From assembly GCA_019244185.1 (NCBI GenBank), contig JAFATB010000025.1, positions 128,001 to 192,000 on the forward strand: a stretch of 64,000 bases of DNA, read 5' to 3'. Shown piece after piece: positions 21,385 through 30,684 of this stretch. The translations under genes and the position numbers were made by a program. The notes below the pieces were generated by a model. That model was not told where the DNA came from and made no database searches. It saw only the letters and a program-made list of their open reading frames with translations. The DNA is from Acidobacteriota bacterium (GTDB lineage: Bacteria; Acidobacteriota; Thermoanaerobaculia; Gp7-AA8). Every line of letters begins with the position of its first letter. The first letter of the stretch is position 1.

Positions 21385-21411
21385 GGCGGGCGCGAACGCG
21401 TCCGCCTCACT
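21380..21411. terminator. Hairpin between convergent genes containing both stop codons
   Basis: AGTGAGGCGGGCGCG-AA-CGCGTCCGCCTCACT (15-bp stem, one G-T pair). Confidence 0.55.
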
Positions 21412-21751
21412 CGCCGCGCGTGGCGCGGATGAGAGCTTCCATGTGCCCGAGGTACTTCTCGAGCGCGCGCTTGCCGGCGGCGGTGAGCGCGTACTCGGTC
21501 CTCGGCATGCGGCCTTCGAAGGACTTGCGGCAGATGAGATATCCGGCTTCCTCGAGCTTGCGGGCGTGGACGCTGACGTTGCCGTCGGTGGTCTTGAGAA
21601 TCGCCTTCAGCTCGTTGAACGAAAGCGTGGGATTGACGGCCAGCGCGCTCACGATCGCGAGACGCGTCTTCTCGTGGATGAGACGGTCGAAGTCGGGGAT
21701 GGCCGGCTCGACGACCGGCTGTGCTTTGCGCGCTGCTGCTGATTTAGCCAC
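21407..21751 (-). CDS. Winged-helix transcriptional regulator (ArsR/MarR-like, HTH_34 type)
   Basis: DRLIHEKTRLAIVSAL...SFNELK...TDGNVSVHARKLEEAGY...PRTEYALTAAG. Confidence 0.9.
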   Translation of the reverse strand: MAKSAAARKAQPVVEPAIPDFDRLIHEKTRLAIVSALAVNPTLSFNELKAILKTTDGNVSVHARKLEEAGYLICRKSFEGRMPRTEYALTAAGKRALEKYLGHMEALIRATRGE

Positions 21752-22328
21752 CGTAGCTCCTTGCGATGATCCAGCCGAACACGAGATGCAGTCCGCCGAA
21801 GCCCGCGCCGAGGAGCGCGTTGCCGGCGGACGGCGGAACGAAGCACGCGGCGATGCCGAGGAGCATGAAGCACACGCCCATCACCGGCACCACGCGGATC
21901 GAGTACGCGCCGCTGCCGACGAACGATGCGCCGTACAGCAGCAGCCACGCCGCGGCGAGCGGCGTGTAAACGTGCGCACTGCCGAGGACGTACGTCAGCG
22001 CCGCGCCCGCGACGATCGGCGCGAGGTAACTGCTGAAGAAGCGGCGCGCGGGCCCGCTGGTGAACGACACGTGCGCGCGGCGCGCCTTGCGGAGCATGGT
22101 CACGCCCGCGATCGCCGCCGCGACGACCGCTTCCGCGAGCCACGTCAGCAGCCAGCGGCGCGTGCCCGCGAACGGCTGCGCGACCACCGCGGCCGCGACG
22201 GCGGTCACGCCGACCGCGACGCCGCCCCACCCCGGAATCGACGTGAACGCGCTGGCGCGCTCCATCGCGTCGCGGATGTAACGGAGATTACTGATCGCAT
22301 GTTCATGCAGCGGCGCGGGTTCCTGCAT
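21744..22328 (-). CDS. Integral membrane protein co-transcribed with the wHTH regulator
   Basis: About 6 hydrophobic segments; NLRYIRDAMERA N-terminus; overlaps the regulator start. Confidence 0.8.
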   Translation of the reverse strand: MQEPAPLHEHAISNLRYIRDAMERASAFTSIPGWGGVAVGVTAVAAAVVAQPFAGTRRWLLTWLAEAVVAAAIAGVTMLRKARRAHVSFTSGPARRFFSSYLAPIVAGAALTYVLGSAHVYTPLAAAWLLLYGASFVGSGAYSIRVVPVMGVCFMLLGIAACFVPPSAGNALLGAGFGGLHLVFGWIIARSYGG

Positions 22329-22414
22329 CGGCCGCATGATAGCGCAAAGTTCTTTTCACCTCGGAGTTGTCTTACAATAACGCGCGGTTCCAATCCCGCA
22401 AGAGGAGTGTCTCG

Positions 22415-25400
22415 ATGCGCCGTTTGTCTGTCGTTCTGATCGTTCTGCTGCTCGCGGTCTCCGCGCTGCACGCCGCCACCATGCGCGTGCCCGCCGACGC
22501 CGAGCTCCTCGGCCGCGCCGACCTCGTCGTCGTCGCCACCGTCGACCACGTCGCCACGCGCGAGCTGCCCGACCACATGATCGTCACGGATCACCGCCTG
22601 CACGTCGTCGACGTGGTCAAAGGCGCCGCGCCCATGACGATCGTCGTGACCGAGGAAGGCGGCATGGCCAACGGCCACGGCGTCGCCATTCCCGGTTCCG
22701 CGAGCTACGCGAAAGGCACGCGCGTCCTAGCGTTCCTCCGCGACCGCGGCGACGGCACGTACTACACCGCGAACATGGCCCTCGGCGTCTTCCGCTTCGC
22801 CGGCGATCGCCTGACGCGCGAGACCGAAGGCATCGAGTCCGCCGACGGCACGGACGTGCCGCAGGGCGCGCTTCCCGCGCGCGAGTTCGTCGACTACGTG
22901 CGCGCGCTCGCGGACGGCCAGCCGGCCACGCGTCCGAACGTCATCGCGGAGAAAGCGTTCACGCCGGAGACGAATGCGGCGCTCAGCACGTACGTGCTGA
23001 AGGCGAGCGACAACACGCCGCTGCGCTGGAACTGCACGCCGCCGGCGCAGTGCAATGTCTGCACGGAACCGGTTAACCCGAGTCACACTCCCAGCATGTG
23101 CGGCTTTCGAATCAGCGGAACGCAAACTCCGACGAGCTCGCTGAATCAAATCGAAGCGTTGAACGACGCCATGAGCGCGTGGAACAACGACGCAAACTCG
23201 TACATCAATCTGACGCCGAACGGCACCGAGTCGAAGACCGGCCGCACAAATGACGACGTCAATGACATCGTTTTCGATTGGGACGGCTCGAACCCACATC
23301 CGAGCTGTGATGCTGCGATTGGCTGCGGCATCGTCTACTTCAACGGCTCTTCGAACGAGCACACGTTTCGCGGCACCACGTTCTACAACATCACTTCCTC
23401 AGACGTGCTCGTAAAGCACAGCGCGAGCCTCGGGCAAAACCTCTTTGAGGCCATTCTTGCGCACGAGCTTGGTCACAGCGTTGGCTTCACGCACGCGCCC
23501 ACCTCGGGCAACCTGATGAGTTCCTCGCTTCCTTCGAGTGCTATGGCTAAGCTCGGAAGTTGGGACAAGGAAGCGGCGGCCGAGATCTACGGCAACGGCC
23601 TCCCCTGCACGCCGGTCAGCGTGCAGTCGACCAGCGGCGGCGGCACCGTCACGAACGGCACGCCCGCGCACCTCTCCGTCACCGTCAACTCCGACAGCTC
23701 CGCGCCGATCACGTATCAGTGGTATGAAGGCACGAGCGGCAACACGTCCACGCCGGTCGGCACGAACAGCGCGAGCTACACGACCTCGCCGATCACCACC
23801 ACGCGCAACTTCTGGGTGCGCGTCACGAACTCCTGCGGCACCGCCGACAGCGCGACCATCACCGTCAACCCGAGCGTGTGCACCGGGCCGGTCATCAACG
23901 GCACGACCGGCGGCGGTTCGGTGACGTTCAACACGTCGGCGCATCTCGCCGTGCAGGTCGACGCGAGCAGCACCTCGCCGCTCAGCTATCAGTGGTACGA
24001 AGGCCCGACCGGCAACACGTCGAACCCCGTGGGCACGAACAGCTCGTACACGACGCCGCCGATCACGAGCTCGCACACGTACTGGGTGAAGGTCTCCAAC
24101 GCGTGCGGCAGCGCGAACAGCGCGAGCATCGAAGTGCACCCCGGCGCCTGCGACGCTCCGTCGATCACGACGCAGCCCGCGAGCCAGCACGTCGCGGCGG
24201 GCGGCACCGCCACGCTCCACGTCGCCGCGACCGGCACCGGCACGCTGACGTTCACGTGGTACACCGGCCCGGTCGGCAACACGTCGACGCCGGTCGGCAA
24301 CGGCCCCGACTTCACGACTCCCGCGCTGAACAGCACCGCCACGTACTGGGCGCGCGTCAGCAGCAACTGCGGCAGCGCCGACAGCGCGCTGGCCACGATC
24401 ACCGTCGGCACGCAGTGCGTTCCCGTCACGATCACCAGCCAGCCCGGCAGCGTGCAGACCACCGTCGGCGAGACCGTGCAGCTGCACGTCGTCGCGTCGG
24501 GCGATCCGACGATCACGTATCAGTGGTACGCCGGCGACACCGGCGACACGTCGCATCCGGTGCAGAGCGCGACGCCTCCGGGACCTCCCGTTCCCGCCGG
24601 CACGCTGATCATCGGACCCATCCCGACTGCAGGCACCACGAAGTACTGGGTGCGCGTGTCGAACGGCTGCGCCACCGTCGACAGCGTCACCGTCGCCGTC
24701 ACCGCGCTCTGCCCCGAGCTCACGAAGCCGAAGATCCACACCGCGCCGACCGTGCCGTACAACGTCAGCTACTTCGTCGGCTGGACGGGCGATCTCGTGA
24801 AGTCGCCGACGTTCGAGCTGCAGGAGTCGCGCACCGAGGACTTCTCGGGACCGGTCACGACGATGGTGGTGAACGCGCTGCAGAAGCAGCTCTCGCACGG
24901 TGAAGTCACGACCGACACGCGTTTCTACTATCGCGTGCGCGCGATCAACGGCTGCACGCAGCAGCCGAGCGACTACTCGAACACGACCTCGACCGCGGTC
25001 ACGCAGCCGCAGTCGCCGAACAGCACCGAGTTCCACATCAGCGTGCCCGCGACGACCTCGCAGTCGCTGACGCAGAACTACATCGTCCCCGGCTTCGGCA
25101 CGCACGCGACGGCCGGCGACACGTTCAGCATCACCACCGACGTGCCGTGGCTCTCGTTCTCCCCGGCAGCGGGCCCGCTTCCGTCGACCGGCGCGAACGT
25201 CGTCATCTCCGCCGACACCTCCGCGCTCGCCATCGGCACGACCACCGGCACCGTGCACGTGACGCGCACGCAGCCGTCGGGCGCGACGGCGCACGGCGCG
25301 GTGACGAATGCGACGAGCGTCTCGTCGACCGTGCCGTTCTCGATGAGCCTCGTCACGCCGATCACGCCGCAGCCGCGCGACACGAACCCGCCGGCTGGCA

Positions 25401-26830
25401 CGATGGTCATCCCCGCCACCGCCCACGCCGACGGCATCGGTACGCGCTTCCAGTCCGACCTGCGCATCGTCAACGCGCACGATGAGACGGTGACGTACGA
25501 GCTGAACTTCACCCCGTCCGGCAACGACGGCACGCAGACCGGCAAGTCGACGACGCTCGACATCGGCCCGAACGACTCGATCTCGCTCGACGACGCCGTG
25601 CGCGCGTGGTACGGCGCGGGCGTGGCCGGCGAGCCGGGACTCGGCACCATCGAGATCCGCCCCATCGCCACCATCAGCGGCGGCGCGCCGAACCCGCTGC
25701 TCACGTACGCATCGAGCCGCACCTACAGCGTCACGCCGCAGGGCACGCTCGGCCAGTACATTCCGGCCATTCCGCTGACCGCGTTCATCCCCAACTTCAG
25801 CAACGGCATCGTGCCGCAGCTGAGCCTCCAGCAGGTCGCGCAGAGCGCCACGTATCGCACGAACCTCGGCTTCGTCGAAGGCGCCGGCGCGCCCGCGGAG
25901 CTCGTCGCACGCGCGCTCGACGCGAACAACCACGTGCTCGCCGAGACGCCGCTGCACCTCGACCCGTACCAGCACATGCCGACCTCGTTCAGCAACGTCT
26001 TCCCCGGCCTGTCGCTCGACGACGGCCGCGTCGAAGTCGAAGTGACGTCGTCGACCGGCAAGGTCACCGCGTACGCGTCGGTGCTCGACAACCAGACCAA
26101 CGATCCGCTGCTCGTCTTCCCCGTGCAGACCGGCGCCGTCTCGCAGTCGCGTTACGTCGTGCCGGGCGTGGCCGAGCTCAACGCGGGCTCGAACTTCCAC
26201 ACCGACATGCGCATCTACAACTCCGCGTCGACGCCGGTGTCGATCACGCTCAACTATCACCCGCAGGCCGGCGACAGCACGCCGCCGCCCGCGCCCGTGC
26301 AGCTCGACCTCAATCCGCACGAGATCCGCGCCATCGACAGCGTCCTGCCGACGCTGTGGCAGCTCAACGCCACCGGCGGCTCGGTCACGCTCGACGCGCC
26401 GAACGACACGCCGCTCGTCGTCACCGCGCGCACGTTCAGCCGCGACGCGCAGGGCGGCACGTACGGCCAGTTCATCCCCGGCGTCACCGCGCTCGACGCG
26501 GTCGGCAACGGCGAGCGCTCACTCGAGATCCTGCAGCTCGAGGAGTCGCCGAGCTACCGCGCGAACCTCGGCCTCGTGGAAGTCACCGGCGCGCCCGTCG
26601 ACATCGAGATCCTCGGCTACACCGGCACGAAGCTCACCTCCGCGACGCAGGCGCATCTCGACGGCAACGAGTTCATTCAGTTCGGCCACATCATGTCGCA
26701 GCTCGGCTTCGACAACGTGTATGGCGGCCGCGTCACCGTGCGCGTCCTCGGCGGCTCCGGCCGCATCGCCGCGTACGGCTCCGTCGTCGACAACCGCACG
26801 CTCGATCCGACCTACGTTCCCGCCCAATGA
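22415..26830 (+). CDS. Secreted metzincin (M10/matrixin-like) metallopeptidase with Ig-like repeats and the shared C-terminal module
   Basis: GAGGAG SD; signal peptide; HELGHSVGFTH (HExxHxxGxxH) and Met-turn NLMSS; four 'YQWYxG...YWVRVxNxC' Ig repeats; ends LDPTYVPAQ. Confidence 0.9.
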   Translation: MRRLSVVLIVLLLAVSALHAATMRVPADAELLGRADLVVVATVDHVATRELPDHMIVTDHRLHVVDVVKGAAPMTIVVTEEGGMANGHGVAIPGSASYAKGTRVLAFLRDRGDGTYYTANMALGVFRFAGDRLTRETEGIESADGTDVPQGALPAREFVDYVRALADGQPATRPNVIAEKAFTPETNAALSTYVLKASDNTPLRWNCTPPAQCNVCTEPVNPSHTPSMCGFRISGTQTPTSSLNQIEALNDAMSAWNNDANSYINLTPNGTESKTGRTNDDVNDIVFDWDGSNPHPSCDAAIGCGIVYFNGSSNEHTFRGTTFYNITSSDVLVKHSASLGQNLFEAILAHELGHSVGFTHAPTSGNLMSSSLPSSAMAKLGSWDKEAAAEIYGNGLPCTPVSVQSTSGGGTVTNGTPAHLSVTVNSDSSAPITYQWYEGTSGNTSTPVGTNSASYTTSPITTTRNFWVRVTNSCGTADSATITVNPSVCTGPVINGTTGGGSVTFNTSAHLAVQVDASSTSPLSYQWYEGPTGNTSNPVGTNSSYTTPPITSSHTYWVKVSNACGSANSASIEVHPGACDAPSITTQPASQHVAAGGTATLHVAATGTGTLTFTWYTGPVGNTSTPVGNGPDFTTPALNSTATYWARVSSNCGSADSALATITVGTQCVPVTITSQPGSVQTTVGETVQLHVVASGDPTITYQWYAGDTGDTSHPVQSATPPGPPVPAGTLIIGPIPTAGTTKYWVRVSNGCATVDSVTVAVTALCPELTKPKIHTAPTVPYNVSYFVGWTGDLVKSPTFELQESRTEDFSGPVTTMVVNALQKQLSHGEVTTDTRFYYRVRAINGCTQQPSDYSNTTSTAVTQPQSPNSTEFHISVPATTSQSLTQNYIVPGFGTHATAGDTFSITTDVPWLSFSPAAGPLPSTGANVVISADTSALAIGTTTGTVHVTRTQPSGATAHGAVTNATSVSSTVPFSMSLVTPITPQPRDTNPPAGTMVIPATAHADGIGTRFQSDLRIVNAHDETVTYELNFTPSGNDGTQTGKSTTLDIGPNDSISLDDAVRAWYGAGVAGEPGLGTIEIRPIATISGGAPNPLLTYASSRTYSVTPQGTLGQYIPAIPLTAFIPNFSNGIVPQLSLQQVAQSATYRTNLGFVEGAGAPAELVARALDANNHVLAETPLHLDPYQHMPTSFSNVFPGLSLDDGRVEVEVTSSTGKVTAYASVLDNQTNDPLLVFPVQTGAVSQSRYVVPGVAELNAGSNFHTDMRIYNSASTPVSITLNYHPQAGDSTPPPAPVQLDLNPHEIRAIDSVLPTLWQLNATGGSVTLDAPNDTPLVVTARTFSRDAQGGTYGQFIPGVTALDAVGNGERSLEILQLEESPSYRANLGLVEVTGAPVDIEILGYTGTKLTSATQAHLDGNEFIQFGHIMSQLGFDNVYGGRVTVRVLGGSGRIAAYGSVVDNRTLDPTYVPAQ

Positions 26831-26868
26831 CCGCGTGAATCCGGCGCGTTTGTGCTGCACAATGGTGC

Positions 26869-28908
26869 ATGCACAAACGCGCCGCGGTTCTCGCGCTGAC
26901 GTTCTTCGCGCTGCCGCTGTTCGGGCAGCGCGTTTTGTTTGAGATCGGTTCCCGCGATCTGCAGCCCGCCCGCGGCACGCACGTCACCGCCGCGCGCGCA
27001 TCGCAGGGCGCACTCGTGCTCTGGTCCGCCGACGACGGCTTGCGCGCGCGGCGACTCGATGACGCCGGCGCCGCGCTCGACGACGCACCGCTCGCACTCG
27101 ACGACGCGTACGGCATCGTGGGCTCGGACGGCCGCGACTACTACGTCGTCTCCACGCCGGCATTCAGCAACGCGATGCACCTCACGCGCATCGATGCGAT
27201 CACCGGCGCGGCCACGCACATCGACGCCGCGCTGCCCGCCGGAACGCCGGCCGCACTCGTCTGGAACGGCAGCGCGTTTCTCTTCGCTTATGCCGATTAC
27301 GACGGCACCTATGCGGTGCTCGTCGACGCGCTCGGCCACGTCACGAGCGGCGTGCGGCAACTCGGCTACGGCGTGCCGCAAGTCGTGACGAACCACGGCC
27401 ACTGGCTCCTCGCATTCAACGAAACCATCCATCAGGAACCCGTGCCGCTCGCGGGCGCCGCTCACAAAAGCGCCGCCTCACAACGCGACGGAAAACTGAC
27501 GCTGCTCCATCCGGACGACTTTCCGCCCGTCGGCACCTCCGCCGCGCCGCACTGGCGGAGCTACGGCGATGGGGCCGAGGTGCGCGCCGCGGTGGACGAG
27601 GACGGCTACGCCGCGGCGTACGCGCGCGACGGCGCGATCGTCGTCGAGCACCTCGACGCGGACGCGGAGCCGCGCGGCCCGAACGAAACGATCGCAGACG
27701 CCGCGAAACCGGTCGCGCTGGCGCAACTCGCCTCCGCGTTCCTCGTGCTGACGGACGCCGGCGACGCGCTCGCCTTCCCGCGCACGGGAGCGCCGTTCCG
27801 CGTCGCGACGCCGGCGTGGCTCGGCGGCACGGACGCGCTGCTGCTCGCGTTGGAGAACGGCGTCCTCGCCGCCGCGAGCGACGGCGATCGCGTCGCGCAC
27901 GTGGCCACGCGCGACCCGCTCGGCTGGCAGCACGAGCAGATCCTCTCCCGCGCCCGTGCGACGCACTCCGCGCCGCGGCTCATCGCCGCCGCCGGCAGCG
28001 TCGTCGCGGTGTGGTCGGAAACGAACGCCGTCGAGACCTCTCTCTGGATCGCGCCGCTCGGCGCCGACGGCGATCCGCTGACGCACGGCACGCGACTCGC
28101 GGCCGCGCGCTTTCTCGGCGCGCCCGCCGTCACGTTCGACGGCGAGAACCTCTTCGTCGTCTGGACGCACAACGACCCGACTTCCTACATCGCCACCGCG
28201 TACGGCCTTCACGTGTCGTCCGCCGGCGTGCCGCTCGACGCGCCGCTCGTCCTCGCGAGCGACCTGCGCGCGTTCACGCCCGCCGCGGTGACCTGGAACG
28301 GCCGCGAATACGTGGTCGCGTTCGACGAGCCGGTCTATCGCTTCGCGCGCGACGGCCGCAGGAACTCGGTCGAGCATCTCACGCGTTTCGCCAGCGTCGC
28401 GCTCGCGTCGCGCAACGGCCGCACGCTCGGCGTCGGCTCGCGCGAGCAGGCGTGGGAAGGCGCCAGCCCGTTCTTCGTCGTCTCGTTCGCCGACCACCAG
28501 GGCTGCTGCTTCGAAAGCGAATACGTCGCGAGCGACACATTCGGCTTCGCGACCGTCGCCGCATCGCCGAACCTCACCGTCTCCGTGCTCCCCGACACGA
28601 CCGGCGCAAACTGGATCGCCCGCGACTTCGACACGCACCGCGAGCTCGCCCGCGTCCCCGCCGCCCTCCACCCGCCACACCTCGCGGCGACCGCATCGAA
28701 TGCGTTCCTCGTCGCCGGCGCCGGCACGCTCACGCGCTTCACCGACATGGGAGTGCAACGCGTCATCCCCATCCCGGATGCGAACGGCGAGATCGCCGTC
28801 GCCGAAGCGCCCGACGGCGCCGCGCTCGTGTTGTATGACGGTGGATCGGGAATGGTGGTGGAGCGCATCGAGACACGGACGCCGCGGCGGCCCAGCGTGC
28901 GGCACTGA
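26869..28908 (+). CDS. Secreted beta-propeller-like hypothetical protein ending RRPSVRH
   Basis: Signal peptide; repeated (V/T)WNG..(F/Y)(L/V)(V/F) blade-like motifs. Confidence 0.75.
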   Translation: MHKRAAVLALTFFALPLFGQRVLFEIGSRDLQPARGTHVTAARASQGALVLWSADDGLRARRLDDAGAALDDAPLALDDAYGIVGSDGRDYYVVSTPAFSNAMHLTRIDAITGAATHIDAALPAGTPAALVWNGSAFLFAYADYDGTYAVLVDALGHVTSGVRQLGYGVPQVVTNHGHWLLAFNETIHQEPVPLAGAAHKSAASQRDGKLTLLHPDDFPPVGTSAAPHWRSYGDGAEVRAAVDEDGYAAAYARDGAIVVEHLDADAEPRGPNETIADAAKPVALAQLASAFLVLTDAGDALAFPRTGAPFRVATPAWLGGTDALLLALENGVLAAASDGDRVAHVATRDPLGWQHEQILSRARATHSAPRLIAAAGSVVAVWSETNAVETSLWIAPLGADGDPLTHGTRLAAARFLGAPAVTFDGENLFVVWTHNDPTSYIATAYGLHVSSAGVPLDAPLVLASDLRAFTPAAVTWNGREYVVAFDEPVYRFARDGRRNSVEHLTRFASVALASRNGRTLGVGSREQAWEGASPFFVVSFADHQGCCFESEYVASDTFGFATVAASPNLTVSVLPDTTGANWIARDFDTHRELARVPAALHPPHLAATASNAFLVAGAGTLTRFTDMGVQRVIPIPDANGEIAVAEAPDGAALVLYDGGSGMVVERIETRTPRRPSVRH

Positions 28909-28947
28909 GGGGGAGCGCGTTACGCGCGGGGCACGGGCGACGCGCGT

Positions 28948-29652
28948 TCAAGCTGTCGCCGCCCCCGTCCCTTTCCCCGCCGCCGCCCGATCCACGAGCC
29001 ACCACGTCTCGAGCTCGTCGCCCGCCGTCGCGAGCGCGACGGGATGCGGTGCACCCTCGCGCACCTCGCGAACGATCTTCGCCTTCGATGCACCCGCGGC
29101 GAGCACGAGGCGCAGCTTCGCGGCGCGCAGCACCGGCTTCGTGAGCGTCACGCGCCACTGCGTGAGCTTCTCGACGTACACCTCACTGGCGATGCGGTCC
29201 TCCACGTCGAGCACCGGCGTGCCCGGAAACAGCGACGCCGTATGGCCGTCGTCGCCGCAGCCGAGGAGCACGACGTCGAGCGTGTCCAGTCCGAGCTCCC
29301 GCCATTCGCGCTCGAACTCACGCGCGGTCGCGGCGGGATCGCCGAGCTCCGTGCGGAAGCGCAGAAAGCGGTGCGACGGCGGCAGGCCGCGCGCGAAGAG
29401 CGTCCGCTCGATCATCGCCGCGTTCGACTGCGGGTCGCTCATCGGCACGTAGCGCTCGTCCACGACCACCCACGTGATCGCGTGTTGCGCCAATTCGTCA
29501 GCATGTTGACTACTAAGGAAATCGTAGAGCGGACGCGGGGTCGAGCCGCCGGAGAGCGCGATCGAGCGCGCTCCCGACTCCACGCGCTGCAGGATCGTCC
29601 GCGCCGCGGCGCGCGTCAGCTCCTCCGCCGAGTCGAAGACGCGCAGATTCAT
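28948..29652 (-). CDS. pgl: 6-phosphogluconolactonase
   Basis: IALSGGSTP, VDERYVP..DPQSN, LLGCGDDGHTASLFP; ATGA-coupled to opcA. Confidence 0.95.
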   Translation of the reverse strand: MNLRVFDSAEELTRAAARTILQRVESGARSIALSGGSTPRPLYDFLSSQHADELAQHAITWVVVDERYVPMSDPQSNAAMIERTLFARGLPPSHRFLRFRTELGDPAATAREFEREWRELGLDTLDVVLLGCGDDGHTASLFPGTPVLDVEDRIASEVYVEKLTQWRVTLTKPVLRAAKLRLVLAAGASKAKIVREVREGAPHPVALATAGDELETWWLVDRAAAGKGTGAATA

Positions 29653-30674
29653 GCGGCGTGGCTGGCGGCGACGCGGGCGGCCACGTCGCGCGCGATGCGC
29701 AGCGCCTCGAGGTACACGCGGTCGCTCTCCGGCTGCTTGAGCAGGCGCACGATGAGATCGGACAGCCCGCGTCCGCGTTTGCGCGTGATGCAGTCGAGCT
29801 CCGTCTCCGCGTGCGCGGCGCTGCACTTCACGACGCCGCGTCCGCGGTCGCCGCGGATGAGTGCCGTGGTGTTGTCGCGGAAGCGGATGTCCACCGCGCT
29901 GATCCCTTCTTCCTCACTCTGCGTCGCCAGCTCGAACGGGATCTCGTAGCCGAGCTGCGCCATGAGCCACGAGACGTACAGCACCGCCTCCGAGGTCGCG
30001 CCGAGCGTGCCGCCCGCGGTCGTCACGCGCACGTGTGCGATCGACTGCAGCCGCGCGCGCATGGCCGGCGGATCGAACACCGCGGCGCTCGCCGCGCGCC
30101 ACTCCTCGACGCGCGCCCAGTTCACATCGGCCGGCGCGGTCGTGGTCTGCTCCGCGATGCGCGCCACCAGCGCGAAATCCGCCGCGCTGTCGAACTGCGA
30201 CGAGTCGACGATCAGCCGGTCCGCCGGCTCGAGCAGCGACTCGACGTACGCGTGGTCGTTCGGCAGATCGCCGAGCCACCACACCGCCACCGGCATGTCC
30301 GGCAGCAGCAGCGCGTTGACCAGCGGCGCGACGTGATCGACGCGCTCGCCGCCGGCGACGATCGACACCTCTTCCGAGCACACCTGCCGCGAGTCGCCGA
30401 GAAGGTGGCAGTTCGCGGAGATCCAGGCCTGCATGTCGTGCGGCGCGTTCGGATCGGCGCGGACGACGATCGTCCGCTGCGGCACGGACGCGCTCGCGCT
30501 CGCCAGCACTTCCGTCGCGTGCGCGTGCTGTTTCGAGTTCCACGTGTGCGCGACGACGTTCCACAGCGCCGCGCGCGTCACCGCGTCGTCGTGCGCCTGC
30601 TTCTCATTCCGCCAGAGCTCCGCGAGCTGCTTCTCGATGCTGCCCGCGTGCACGCGAACGTCTGCGTCGATCAT
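29649..30674 (-). CDS. opcA: Glucose-6-phosphate dehydrogenase assembly protein OpcA
   Basis: LLLPDMPVAVWW, DRLIVDS, ADVNWARV; lies between zwf and pgl. Confidence 0.9.
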   Translation of the reverse strand: MIDADVRVHAGSIEKQLAELWRNEKQAHDDAVTRAALWNVVAHTWNSKQHAHATEVLASASASVPQRTIVVRADPNAPHDMQAWISANCHLLGDSRQVCSEEVSIVAGGERVDHVAPLVNALLLPDMPVAVWWLGDLPNDHAYVESLLEPADRLIVDSSQFDSAADFALVARIAEQTTTAPADVNWARVEEWRAASAAVFDPPAMRARLQSIAHVRVTTAGGTLGATSEAVLYVSWLMAQLGYEIPFELATQSEEEGISAVDIRFRDNTTALIRGDRGRGVVKCSAAHAETELDCITRKRGRGLSDLIVRLLKQPESDRVYLEALRIARDVAARVAASHAA

Positions 30675-30684
30675 CGGATGCTCC

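Noticed and set aside
22346-22355. AAAGTTCTTT near-palindrome as an operator of the wHTH regulator
   Set aside because: Too short and single-copy to support without comparative data.
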